Shown here: positions 8,991-18,310 of the stretch, one piece after another
How the letters are laid out: the number at the start of each line of letters is the position of its first letter
Numbering within the stretch: the first letter of the stretch is position 1
Assembly: GCA_963845565.1 (NCBI GenBank)
Contig: CAWJSJ010000002.1
Coordinates: 96,001 to 160,000, forward strand
Reading direction: 5' to 3'
DNA: 64,000 nucleotides
Origin: an uncultured Methylomirabilota bacterium
GTDB lineage: Bacteria > Methylomirabilota > Methylomirabilia > Methylomirabilales > 2-02-FULL-66-22
Made by a program: the position numbers and the translations under genes
The notes under the pieces: generated by a model
Told to the model about the DNA's origin: nothing
Database searches by the model: none
Seen by the model: only the letters and a program-made list of their open reading frames with translations

Positions 8991-11579
8991 TTATTTCTTC
9001 ACCAGCTCCACGCGACGGTTCTGCGCCCGACCCTTCGGCGTATCGTTGGAGTCGATGGGTCTGGTGGCGCCGAGACCGGCGGTGGTGAGTCGGTTGGCGT
9101 CCACCCTGAACTGGACCACCAACACGGTCTTGAGAGCCTCGGCACGGCGCCTGGACAGATCCAGATTTTGGGCCGCGTCGCCCACGGCGTCCGTGTGGCC
9201 TTCGATCAGCAGTTGCAGATTTGGATTCGTTTCCAAACCGCGCGCGATGGCCTGGATGACCGGCGCGGATTCCGGCTTCAGCCTATCGCTGCCGGTATCG
9301 AACAGGATCCCGTACGTGACGTAACGGCCCGTAGCGCTGATCACTTGACTGAAGTCCGGGGTCGATTCCGCGAATCGCACCATGCGATATCCGAGTGCCG
9401 GGCCGGCGCCCAAGAAAGATTGCTCCATCTCGACGCTATCGATCGGCGGCAAGTCCACCTGGTTGAAGTCGAGCAGCTTCTCTCCGTTCACGAAGCTCCG
9501 CATCCGCCCGTTCTGCGCCCACAGGGCCACCTTCATCGGCTGGTCCAAGTTCACCGCTACCCGTTTCCGCCCCAGTTCCTGATAGGGTGATCGCAGCGAG
9601 ACGATGAGGTCCAGTTGCTTGGCCTGCACCGATAACCACCAATGCAGGACCTGCTTCCCTTTCGATATCAGAATCAGGTTGGAGTCTGCGCGGCCCTTCA
9701 CGGCGTCTACCTTGATCTCCGCCTCGTACGTAAAGTCCTTGGGAAGAGTCGTAAGGTTGGGGAACAGCGATCCCTTTGCCCTTGCCGTCAGCTGCCGCAC
9801 GCCGCCCCCGGCCAGCAACTGCGGCGCGGCGCCGCGGACTTTGAAATGTGGCGGTGCATCGTCCGGACTCATATCGGTGAAGTCGTCGAAGAACAACGTC
9901 TTCTCACCGGGGATGAACGTCGACTTCAACTCGGTCATCGGAGGCTGGACAGTGACCCCGGCGGCCGGCAATGCCTGCGGAGCGCCTTGCGGGGACGCCG
10001 AGGTGGGGTATACGGGCTGTTGGGTGGCGGGAAGCGCCTGTTGTGGTGCTTGCGGGACGCCCTGCTGGGGAAGGCCCTGTTGCGCCGCCGAAGGATACGC
10101 CTGCTGCGGGGCCGCAAACTGTTGTTGACCGGCAGACGGATCCTGGGGAAAACCCGCCTGCGGGAAGCCGCCCTGGGCCTGCGTTGGTTGCTGGTAGCCA
10201 GGTTGTTGGGGGACACTCGGTTGACCTTGAGGCGCCTGGGGGAACCCCTGAGCCTGCGGGAAACCCGACTGCCCTTGCGGCGGCGGGAAGCCACCTTGAG
10301 CCTGCGGGAAGCCTTGTTGCGGGAACCCGGGTTGGCCGCCTTGCGGGTAACCCTGCTGCGGGAAACCCCCCTGGGCCTGCGGTGGTTGCGGGTAGCCAGG
10401 TTGCTGCGGAAAACTCGGCTGACCTTGCGGCGCTGGGGGGAACCCCTGTGCCTGCGGGAAGCCGGCCTGCCCCTGCGGAGCCTGCGGGAAACCGGGTTGT
10501 CCTTGGGGCGGGAAGCCTGGTTGCGAGGCCTGCGGGAAACCCGACTGCCCTTGCGGCGGCGGGAAGCCACCCTGAGCCTGCGGGAAGCCTTGTTGCGGGA
10601 ACCCGGGCTGGCCGCCTTGCGGGTAACCCTGCTGCGGGAAGCCGCCCTGCCCCTGCGCCTGCGGGAAGCCGGGTTGCTGCCCCGGGAAACCCGCCTGGCC
10701 CGGGATCGGTACCTGTTGCGCCGACGGCATGCCTTGCCCCGGGAAACCGCCGGCCGCCGGCTGCTGCGGCCACTGTTGAGCCGCCGCGACGGGCTGGGGC
10801 GCCCGGTAATACTGCGCGGGCGTCTGCGCGACAACAAACTGGACTGCCTCCTGAATCGCGAGGCGGATCGCCTTCTCCATCGGCGTCTTGGCGTAGCCGG
10901 AGAGATCCCCGGCGAGGCCGCTGCCGGCCGCCGAGCCGAGCCCTGAAATATCGTTCGCCTCACCCTTCACCGACGCTGCCGCGACGACCCGGCCGGTCCG
11001 GGTGTCCACGAGCCGCATGTCGATGGCAATATGTGACGACTGGAAGGCACCCCCCAGCTTCCCGACGACCGAGCCAAAGAGTTTGTTGGCAAGCGACTTC
11101 TTGTCCCCCGTCACGTCCTGGCCGCTGACGCCGAGGCCGCCTTGGCCGCCGGAGGTCGCCGCCTCGAACTCCGTGATGTTCCCCGTGACGAGAATCTCCG
11201 CCCCCTCGACCTGGCCGATGGCCGCCGCGGTGTCGGGTCGAATGCGGCCAGAGGCCCCCAGGTCCTGCTCGCTCAGCACGTCCTGCAGATTCTGCCGTTC
11301 GAGCACGATGTAGCGACCGGTCTGAAACAGCGACGTCGCCAACATGTCGGCCATGCCGCTGCCGATCCCCGCGGCTTGCCCCTTCCCCGACTTGTCCAAA
11401 AACTTCGCGACGGCGATGCGCGCCTTCGGCCCATGCGCGCTCTCCTGCGTCGCTTGGTTGATATTCGGCCCACCCCCGCCGTAGGTCTGGGCCATCGCGC
11501 CAAGCGGCTGCAGCCATCCGCTCAGCGCAACGAGGACGAGGATCAGCATCCAAGAATGGCGATTCGTTCGATTGTGCAT
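8991..11579 (-). CDS. CsgG/HfaB-like domain + Gln/Pro/Gly/Phe low-complexity repeats + beta-sandwich + OmpA-like peptidoglycan-binding domain
   Basis: Signal peptide; CsgG-like RIAVAKF...ML.T.L...[13 protein letters not shown]...LVTGNITEF...DMRLVD..TG; C-terminal ILFDTGS...IEGHTD...NLDLSRRRA...NRRVE. Confidence 0.88.
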   Translation of the reverse strand: MHNRTNRHSWMLILVLVALSGWLQPLGAMAQTYGGGGPNINQATQESAHGPKARIAVAKFLDKSGKGQAAGIGSGMADMLATSLFQTGRYIVLERQNLQDVLSEQDLGASGRIRPDTAAAIGQVEGAEILVTGNITEFEAATSGGQGGLGVSGQDVTGDKKSLANKLFGSVVGKLGGAFQSSHIAIDMRLVDTRTGRVVAAASVKGEANDISGLGSAAGSGLAGDLSGYAKTPMEKAIRLAIQEAVQFVVAQTPAQYYRAPQPVAAAQQWPQQPAAGGFPGQGMPSAQQVPIPGQAGFPGQQPGFPQAQGQGGFPQQGYPQGGQPGFPQQGFPQAQGGFPPPQGQSGFPQASQPGFPPQGQPGFPQAPQGQAGFPQAQGFPPAPQGQPSFPQQPGYPQPPQAQGGFPQQGYPQGGQPGFPQQGFPQAQGGFPPPQGQSGFPQAQGFPQAPQGQPSVPQQPGYQQPTQAQGGFPQAGFPQDPSAGQQQFAAPQQAYPSAAQQGLPQQGVPQAPQQALPATQQPVYPTSASPQGAPQALPAAGVTVQPPMTELKSTFIPGEKTLFFDDFTDMSPDDAPPHFKVRGAAPQLLAGGGVRQLTARAKGSLFPNLTTLPKDFTYEAEIKVDAVKGRADSNLILISKGKQVLHWWLSVQAKQLDLIVSLRSPYQELGRKRVAVNLDQPMKVALWAQNGRMRSFVNGEKLLDFNQVDLPPIDSVEMEQSFLGAGPALGYRMVRFAESTPDFSQVISATGRYVTYGILFDTGSDRLKPESAPVIQAIARGLETNPNLQLLIEGHTDAVGDAAQNLDLSRRRAEALKTVLVVQFRVDANRLTTAGLGATRPIDSNDTPKGRAQNRRVELVKK
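10130..10745 (-). repeat. Intragenic GFPQ/GYPQ repeats including a block duplication offset by 276 nt
   Basis: GCCTGCGGGAAACCCGACT starts at both 10252 and 10528; peptide [40 protein letters not shown] occurs twice. Confidence 0.9.
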
Positions 11580-11587
11580 GGTCCCCC

Positions 11588-12163
11588 CTATTTCTCGAGT
11601 GCAATGGGCAGATAGATACCGGCGCCCGGGAGAATCTCTACGCGCTGTGAGTACGCCTTGTAGCCGTCCTTCTTGATGTCGAGCTGGTGGGGCCCGGCGA
11701 GCAAGCCGACCTCGTAGGAGAGGTCCGACTGTTGCTGGAGCCGCACCCCGTCCAGATACACCTCGGCGTCAACGGGATTGACCAGGATCAACAGCCGGCC
11801 CGCCGGGTTGACCCGCACCGGGGACTGGGGCACCGGTGCCTGGGACTGCGCAGGCATCGGCGCCGGACCGCCAGGGTACGGCGCGACCTGCCCTGGCGGA
11901 TAGGGGGCGATCGGACAGGGCTGGCCGGGGGCGCAGCCGGGTTGGTACGGGGACCACCCGGTCCACCACGGCCCGGGCTGTCCCCAATAGTAGGGGCTCG
12001 GCAGGCGCGCCGCTCGCTTCGCCTCTTCGGCCTGCCGCATCGCTTCCGCGGTCGGCGCATCGGCCGCGCCGACCGGCGACGCGAACGCGAGCAGGCCGAG
12101 TAGGCCGAGCACGAGCCGTCGCCCCGGTACTCGCACAGGTGAAAGGTCTCGCCGCCCCATCAT
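11588..12163 (-). CDS. Secreted PEGA-domain protein with Pro-rich linker
   Basis: Signal peptide; [18 protein letters not shown]...[12 protein letters not shown]. Confidence 0.82.
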   Translation of the reverse strand: MMGRRDLSPVRVPGRRLVLGLLGLLAFASPVGAADAPTAEAMRQAEEAKRAARLPSPYYWGQPGPWWTGWSPYQPGCAPGQPCPIAPYPPGQVAPYPGGPAPMPAQSQAPVPQSPVRVNPAGRLLILVNPVDAEVYLDGVRLQQQSDLSYEVGLLAGPHQLDIKKDGYKAYSQRVEILPGAGIYLPIALEK

Positions 12164-12457
12164 TCTCTCCTTCTCCGCCGCCACCCCGCGCCGCGCGCAA
12201 CGTGGAACGGCCTTCCGCAAGCGCCCCCCGGGCCCGAGGATTCCCCTGGATGCTCGGCTGGTCGCACCCCGTGCAGCAACGATCCGGAAGACTGATGAGA
12301 ACAACCCGCGCGGGCAGGCACCCGACACGGTCGCATCGGCGGGGGATTGTCGGCGAGAGTCGAAGGCGCCCCTCGCCGGAACAATCAGATGCGGTGAATA
12401 CAGGTCGCGCGCACGCACCGAGACGACTCGGGGCGCGACGCCTTCGAAGACAAGTCG

Positions 12458-12486
12458 TTCTTAACAGACGGTTCTGGGGCTGTCAA
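12458..12486 (-). promoter_or_regulatory. Sigma-70-type promoter at the head of the envelope-protein gene run
   Basis: TTGACA-N17-TAAGAA with extended -10 TG. Confidence 0.55.
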
Positions 12487-12534
12487 GACGGCCGGGACGC
12501 ATGCACAACATTCGCTACAAGTTTCTCGGACGCC

Positions 12535-13294
12535 CTACGGACCCGACAGAATCCGGGTTGCCGCAAACAGTCCCAGGACCACCAGTCCGGCGACGAGCGC
12601 CACGGCGTCCCGCCCGTGAAAGCCGATCGTGAGGAGCGACGTCCGCTCGCGGCGAGCTCCGAAACCGCGCGACTCGAGCGCCTTGGCGAGCTGATCCGTG
12701 TTTCGGAGCGTGTGGAGGAAGATCGGCACCAAGAGCGGGACGTAGGTCCGCAGCCGCGCCAGCGGCCCGCCGCTCTCCGTGTCCAGCCCGCGCGAGCGCT
12801 GCGCCTCGGTGACCGTCACCGCCGTCCCGATGATGGTGGGCACCATGCGGATGGCGAGGGAGAACGCAAAGGCCATCGGGAACGGCACGCGCATCCGGAT
12901 GAGGCCCAGGACCATCTCCTCGGTCCGGGTCGTGCTGAGAAACACCAGGCCCGAGATGATCATGGCGTCGATCTTCAGTGCCGCGCCGACCCCGTAGGTC
13001 ACGCTCTCCGTCGTCACGCGCCAGAAGAGCGGCGTGGTTCCACCGGCGAAGAGAGACCAGCTCACCACCGAGACGGCGGCGATGCTGAGCAGCAGGAACC
13101 AGATCCGGCGCAGGTTCCCGAGCGCCCGGCCGACGGCCCCATACGCCAGAAGGACCCCGAGCAGGCTCACGAGCGGCTCCGGGAGTCACGAAGAGCACCG
13201 CCGACAGGAAGCTCGCCAGGAGCAAGCCGAGCTTCGTCCGGGGATCCAGCCGGTGCACCGGGCTCTGACGGTCGAGATAGAGGAAGAGGTTCAT
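12535..13294 (-). CDS. ecfT: ECF transporter transmembrane T component (one frameshift near 13180)
   Basis: MNLFLYLDRQSPVHRLDPRTK in one frame, remainder with AQRSRG and ALESRGF motifs in another; removing one base restores the frame. Confidence 0.85.
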
Positions 13295-15006
13295 GGGGGC
13301 GGCCCTGGGGTTCGGCGGTTCGGCGGTTCGGCGGTTCGAGACAAACACGAAACGAGCTCGTCGAGGGTGAGCGCGGGGACGCCGAGCCGGTTTCCCACCT
13401 GCACGATGGGGGGCGGCGTCAACCCCGTCTGCCCGATCCCCGCTTCGTCGGCAAACACCTCGCGGGTGGGCCCGTCCCGTAGGATGCGCCCCCCCTGCAT
13501 CAAGACCACCCGCCGCGCGTAGGCGGCGGCGATGTCCATGGCGTGGGTGATGATCAGGATGGTGTGTCCGGCCTCGTTCAGGCGGCGGATCAACGCCATC
13601 ATCCCTTGAAGCTCCGCATGGTCGAGGCCGGTGGTGGGCTCGTCCAGGATGATCACCTCGGGTTTGGTGGCCAGCGTGCTGGCCACGGCGATGCGCTGCC
13701 GCGTCCCCTTGGTCAGGATGAAGGGGTCCAGATCGCCCATGCCCGCGAGCCCCACCGCCTCCAGCGCCTCCTCGACGCGCGCCGCCACCGCCACCTCGGC
13801 GAGACCCTGGAGGCGGGGTCCGAAGGCGACCTCGTCCCAGATCCGCTCGGCGAAGATCTGGTGGTCCGGGTTCTGAAAGACCAGACCGACGCGACGGCTG
13901 AGTGCAGTGGCGGGTTGGCCCCGCAGGCTCTTCCCTCGCAGCCGGATTTCCCCCGCGCTCGGAGTCAGGATACCGTTCAGATGCTTGACCAGCGTGGTTT
14001 TCCCGCTGCCGTTCTGGCCCAGGATGGCCACGAACTCGCCGCGACGAATGGCACAGTGGACGTCGCGGAGCGCCTCGGTCCCGTCCGGGTAGCGATGGGC
14101 GACCCCGTCCACCTCGAGGAGCACCTCGCCCCCGGCGTGCGCGGCGTCCGCCAGGCGCAGGCGCGCGGCGACACCTGGCGCCCCACCCCACCCCGCCGTG
14201 CGGATCGCGTTGGCCGCGGCGTCGGCGTCCACCCATCGTTCCGACACGCCGAGGCATCGGGCGAGCTTCGCCAGCGTGAACCCTTTCACGCCCAGAGCGT
14301 CCATCTCATCGGCCCGATCCCACAGGGCGGCCGGCGTGCCGTCCATGGCCACCCGCCCCTGATCCAGCACGATCAATCGGTCGGCCCAGCCCATTTCGTC
14401 GGTCTCGGGATCGATCATGACCAGCGTGAGGTCCCGGGTCCGGCGGATGGATCGGATCGCCTCCAGCAGCTCGCGGCGCCCGGCGGGATCGAGGTCGCTC
14501 GTCGGCTCGTCCAGGATCAGGACCGTGGGCTCCAGTGCCAGAACCGAGGCCAGCGCCAGGCGCTGCTTCTGTCCGCCCGAGAGGGCCGCTGGGGCCTTGT
14601 GGGAGAGGTGCGAGAGGCGCACCACACCCAGGCACGAATTCACCCGCCGCGCGATCTCTGTCGGATGCACCCCCAGATTCTCGGGGCCGAAGGCCACTTC
14701 GAGGGAGACATTGGTGGAGAAGAGCTGGGCTTCGAAATCCTGAAACACGAAGCCGATGCGGTCGGCCAGATCCCGCGGGCGCTGCGTGCGGATGTCCTGG
14801 CCGTCGATCAGGACGCGGCCCGTGAGGTCGCCGCGGACGAGGTGGGGAATGGTGCCGTTCAGCGTGGAGGCCAGCGTGGAGCGACCGGAGCCGCTCCGGC
14901 CGAGCAGTCCCACCAGCTCGCCGCGGCGGATGTGGCAGGACACGTCGCGCAGGACGGGATCCTGGGCAGACCGGTAGCGAAACGAGATGTGCTCGAGACG
15001 GATCAC
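13291..15006 (-). CDS. ecfA: ECF transporter fused double ATPase (EcfA-A')
   Basis: Two Walker A motifs (GRSGSGRS, GQNGSGKT), LSGGQKQR, two LDEPT Walker B motifs. Confidence 0.93.
   Translation of the reverse strand: MIRLEHISFRYRSAQDPVLRDVSCHIRRGELVGLLGRSGSGRSTLASTLNGTIPHLVRGDLTGRVLIDGQDIRTQRPRDLADRIGFVFQDFEAQLFSTNVSLEVAFGPENLGVHPTEIARRVNSCLGVVRLSHLSHKAPAALSGGQKQRLALASVLALEPTVLILDEPTSDLDPAGRRELLEAIRSIRRTRDLTLVMIDPETDEMGWADRLIVLDQGRVAMDGTPAALWDRADEMDALGVKGFTLAKLARCLGVSERWVDADAAANAIRTAGWGGAPGVAARLRLADAAHAGGEVLLEVDGVAHRYPDGTEALRDVHCAIRRGEFVAILGQNGSGKTTLVKHLNGILTPSAGEIRLRGKSLRGQPATALSRRVGLVFQNPDHQIFAERIWDEVAFGPRLQGLAEVAVAARVEEALEAVGLAGMGDLDPFILTKGTRQRIAVASTLATKPEVIILDEPTTGLDHAELQGMMALIRRLNEAGHTILIITHAMDIAAAYARRVVLMQGGRILRDGPTREVFADEAGIGQTGLTPPPIVQVGNRLGVPALTLDELVSCLSRTAEPPNRRTPGPPP
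13309..13338. repeat. 8-nt tandem repeat GGTTCGGC x3.75 in the ecfA 3' end
   Basis: Directly visible. Confidence 0.85.
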
Positions 15007-15028
15007 GCGCGTTGCACCTGCTCGGCCG

Positions 15029-15817
15029 TCATGCCAGCAGGCACCCGATCACGAAGACGATGAGGAGCGGGAGGATGGCGGCCACCGTCGCCACGCCCGT
15101 GGCCCCGGTCCCGAACTGGAACGGCAAGGAGGCGTACAGCCCGGTGGAAACGAGCACGCCGACCACCAGGGCGCCGACCCCGCCGATCCACATCAGGAGA
15201 ACGCCCATCCACGGCCGGGCGTTTCGCGAGATCTCGTCCGGCTCCATGATCTCGGTCCACAGGATGTTCCAGCGCCTGGCCCGCGGGACGAGCAACCGCA
15301 GCAAGAAGGGTCCGATGAGCGCCGCCGCCAGGAAGTTGTTCAGCGTGATGACCGGCCCCAGCACGCCGAACGGGACCAGGCCGAAGAGGTCCACGCCCCA
15401 GGAGATGATGGCGGCGCAGGAGGCCGATGCGAGGAACGCGAGCAGCAGGTATTCCGTGATCTGACGGCCGGTGCGCGCCTCCATGGGCTCTTTGCTGGAG
15501 AGCGGTCCCATCTTCCCGCACAGCTTGTACGCCACCAGCCCGTAGAAGAAGTTCCCGACGAAGCCGAAGATGCTCCCCAGGCCCAGCGTGCCGAAGAAGT
15601 CGCCGATGAGGTTGCCGAACGCTGCCCCCCAAGCCGCGGCGGGGCCGAAGAGAATGCTGAAGACGACGGGAACGACATTGGCCGGTCGGAGCTCGGTGAT
15701 GCCCGGGACGAGAGGGATGCCCTTCAACGGGATGAGAATGGCGGCGTAGACGCCCGCGGTCAGCGCCACCAGGACCACCATCTTCGTGTGACGCCACATC
15801 GTGACGACTTCACGCAT
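15029..15817 (-). CDS. ECF S component, QueT transporter family
   Basis: PG.TELRPAN..P...SILFGPAAAWG...GNLIGD motif; hydrophobic; directly upstream of ecfA and ecfT. Confidence 0.8.
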   Translation of the reverse strand: MREVVTMWRHTKMVVLVALTAGVYAAILIPLKGIPLVPGITELRPANVVPVVFSILFGPAAAWGAAFGNLIGDFFGTLGLGSIFGFVGNFFYGLVAYKLCGKMGPLSSKEPMEARTGRQITEYLLLAFLASASCAAIISWGVDLFGLVPFGVLGPVITLNNFLAAALIGPFLLRLLVPRARRWNILWTEIMEPDEISRNARPWMGVLLMWIGGVGALVVGVLVSTGLYASLPFQFGTGATGVATVAAILPLLIVFVIGCLLA

Positions 15818-15923
15818 CAGACGGCCCCCTTTTCGGTCGGCTCCCGCAAGCCGGCAGTGGATGTCCGAGAAGCACGGCGCGCGGTCCGAGCGCCCGCGGG
15901 GCGGCATGCGCGCGTTGGCGGGT

Positions 15924-15952
15924 AGGCTATCCAGACCCCTCGGGCATGTCAA
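15924..15952 (-). promoter_or_regulatory. Sigma-70-type promoter of the ECF operon
   Basis: TTGACA-N17-TAGCCT. Confidence 0.55.
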
Positions 15953-16092
15953 GGTGAAAGACGCAATGGCTTTGTCCTTGCGCGGTCCGAGCGCCCACGG
16001 ATACAATGCCGTAGTCGCCGGCCCGGCGGCGACACCCGCACGGCAAGGGGACGTGCAAGCCCCCGGGGATGCCATTGGAAGGAGACGCTTGC

Positions 16093-16506
16093 ATGGCGGA
16101 TTGCATATTCTGCAAGATCGTGGCGGGCGAACTGAAGGCCCACGTGGTGTACGAGAACGAGAGCGTCTTGGCGTTCCTGGACAACCATCCAGCCTCTCGC
16201 GGCCACGTGATGGTCGTCCCCAAGGTCCACGCCGAAAGCCTGGACCGCCTCGACGATCGGCAATTGGCTCCGCTCTTCTCCGGCGTCAAGACCGTGATGG
16301 GCCTCCTGGAGAAAGCGCTGAAGCCGGCCGGCCTGAATGTCGGCTGGAACCACGGCTGGGCGGCGGGCCAACGCGTCGCCCACCTGCACGTCCACATCAT
16401 CCCGCGCAACGCCGGTGACGGCGGCGGCGGGATCCAGTCCCTCATCCACAGCTTCGTTGCCGAGGACCTCGCCAGCGTGGCCGCGCAGATCAAAGCGGTG
16501 CGCTGA
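16093..16506 (+). CDS. HIT-family nucleotide hydrolase
   Basis: MADCIFCKI N-terminus, GHVMVVPK, AGQ.V.HLHVHIIPR triad. Confidence 0.95.
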   Translation: MADCIFCKIVAGELKAHVVYENESVLAFLDNHPASRGHVMVVPKVHAESLDRLDDRQLAPLFSGVKTVMGLLEKALKPAGLNVGWNHGWAAGQRVAHLHVHIIPRNAGDGGGGIQSLIHSFVAEDLASVAAQIKAVR

Positions 16507-16583
16507 ACCCCGCGCCGGCTCCTTGCTTCCGTGTCCCCGAAAAAAGGGCACAGGGAACCGAAAGCGGCCCCTCAGAGTTTCAA

Positions 16584-16612
16584 TTTACAGGATTCCGTTA
16601 ACGCCCTACCTT
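16584..16612 (+). promoter_or_regulatory. Sigma-70-type promoter of the selenoprotein pair
   Basis: TTTACA-N17-TACCTT upstream of GGAGG RBS and ATG 16682. Confidence 0.5.
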
Positions 16613-16681
16613 GATCCTGCGCCACCGGGGATGAAGGTGGTGGCTCGCCTCTTTGGGGGAATGCACATAGGGAGGGAGGAC

Positions 16682-17233
16682 ATGAGTACAACACAGCGGT
16701 CCATTCAGGGCACCCTCATCGGCCTCGTGGCGGTCTTGTTCCTTACCACGTCCGCCGCCGCTCTCGAGGTCGGCCAGAAGGCGCCCGAGTTCACGTTAGC
16801 GGACCCTGCCGGGAAACAGGTCAAGCTGTCCGATCTCACCGCCAAGGGTCCGGTGGTCATCTACACGTTCATCCAGGCGTTCACCGGCACCTGAACGCAG
16901 GAGATCCGGAGCTTCGACGCGGCCTTGCCGCAGTTCGAAGCCCTGAACGCCCAGGTCGTGGGCGTGAGCGCCGATCATGCTGCCACGCTGAAGGCCTTCA
17001 CGGAAGCCAACGGCGTCAAGCACCCGCTCCTCTCGGATTTCCGGCGCCAGATGCTCCCGGAATACGGCGCCATGGTGACCGACGAGAAGAGCCCGATCTA
17101 TCGGTACGCCAAGCGGGCCTTCTTCGTGATCGACCGGTCGGGAACCGTCCGGTTTATCAAGATCCACGACAACGCCCTCGACCTGCTCAAACCCGAGGAC
17201 CTGTTGAAGGCGTTGAAGGAGAGTGGCGCGTGA
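16682..17233 (+). CDS. Exported peroxiredoxin-like (AhpC/TSA) selenoprotein; in-frame TGA 16892-16894 read as Sec71
   Basis: Signal peptide then LEVGQKAPEFTL...KGPVVIYTFIQAFTGT-TGA-TQEIRSF...VVGVSAD...HPLLSD...KRAFFVID; the downstream ORF is in the same frame; TGA occupies the TxxC peroxidatic position. Confidence 0.88.
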
Positions 17234-17769
17234 AGACAACAGTAGTCGCGACGAGCCTCCTCATCGCGGCGCTCCTCGCGGCGCCCGCCTTTGGGGCCGG
17301 GCCGGACTTCGCCGGCATGCAGGTGCAGCCCTACGATCCTCCCAAAGCGGCTCCGGCTCTCGCCCTCCCGAGCCTCGACGGCAAGACGGTCCGCCTGGAG
17401 GATCTGAAGGGCAAGGTGGTGATGCTCGTTTTCTGGGCCACCTGGTGACCCGTCTGCCGGGAGGAGTTACCTTCCGTCAACAGGGCGTACGGCGAGTTCA
17501 GGGATAAGGGCCTCGAGGTCCTCCTGGTGGATTTCCGGGAGGACGCCGAGACGGTGAGGAAGGCTGTGCGCGACCGGGGCTACACCGCGCCGGTGCTGCT
17601 CGATCAGAGTGGCGACGTGACGGGAAGGGCGTACGGCGTGTGGGGGCCGCCCACCGTGTTCTTCGTGGACCGGAAGGGCCAGCTCCTGGGCCGCGCCGTC
17701 GGCCCCCGCGGCTGGGACAGCCCGGCCGCCAAGACGTTCCTGCGGGCCCTGCTGGAGCTGCCGGGATAG
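17230..17769 (+). CDS. Exported TlpA/ResA-like thioredoxin selenoprotein with UxxC motif; in-frame TGA 17446-17448 read as Sec73
   Basis: Signal peptide; GKVVMLVFWATW-TGA-PVCREELP matches TlpA FWATWCxxC; cis-Pro loop YGVWGPPTVFFVD in the same frame; GTGA overlap with the upstream gene. Confidence 0.92.
17449..17485 (+). promoter_or_regulatory. Bacterial SECIS-like stem-loop
   Basis: CGGGAGG(17458-64)/CCTTCCG(17470-76) 7-bp stem with AGTTA loop beginning at the 17th nt after UGA; G is the second loop base, followed by U. Confidence 0.75.
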
Positions 17770-17822
17770 CGTAAGTTTCTGTGGTGACCTGCCGGGCCGT
17801 GCCATTCTCTCTGAAATTGACC

Positions 17823-17880
17823 GCCGACAGATTGGAGCGTGAGCGATCTTCACGCGCTCCGATCTGTCGGCCTTTCCTTT
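17823..17880 (+). terminator. Long hairpin plus pyrimidine tract (intrinsic terminator)
   Basis: GCCGACAGATTGGAGCGT...GCGCTCCGATCTGTCGGC followed by CTTTCCTTT. Confidence 0.7.
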
Positions 17881-18310
17881 CCGCGCTACAACCCTTCGAA
17901 GGGGGTGATGCGACCCCGTACCGGGCCTATTCCCCGGCTCGCCCGCCCATGTGCGGCGGCGACAAACAGAGTTGCCCCATGAAGATGCGCGGTCGCTCGA
18001 CCCCCCGGACCATCCCATGATGGAGCCTAATACACCTCCCCCCGCACGGCCCTTGCGTGCAACGGTCGGATTTGATAGAAGGTAAGTGTCTTCAGCTACT
18101 GCCACCTGGCACCGGATCCTAGGGCAGGGTTATCCCCTGGGACGCTACTCATGTCTTCCCGATCCTGTGGTCTGCGGGAGGAGCAATCCGTGTAACCGAA
18201 GTCCCGTCCTTCCGCGCGTCTGTTCGTCCTTTAACCACACCATCGCGGCCGACTGAACGGGAGTCCGGGCCCACCTCGAAACCGAAGTAGCACACAGGAG
18301 GATTCGACTC

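Noticed and set aside
10130..10745. Repeat tract as a CRISPR array
   Set aside because: Repeats are codon-phased within an ORF, have no unique spacers, and no cas genes are present.
8991..11579. A canonical curli (csg) operon
   Set aside because: No CsgA/B curlin repeats or CsgE/F, and the CsgG-like domain has no lipobox.
15818..15920. preQ1 riboswitch upstream of the QueT-family gene
   Set aside because: The leader lacks the preQ1-I stem and A-rich tail; substrate of the transporter remains unproven.
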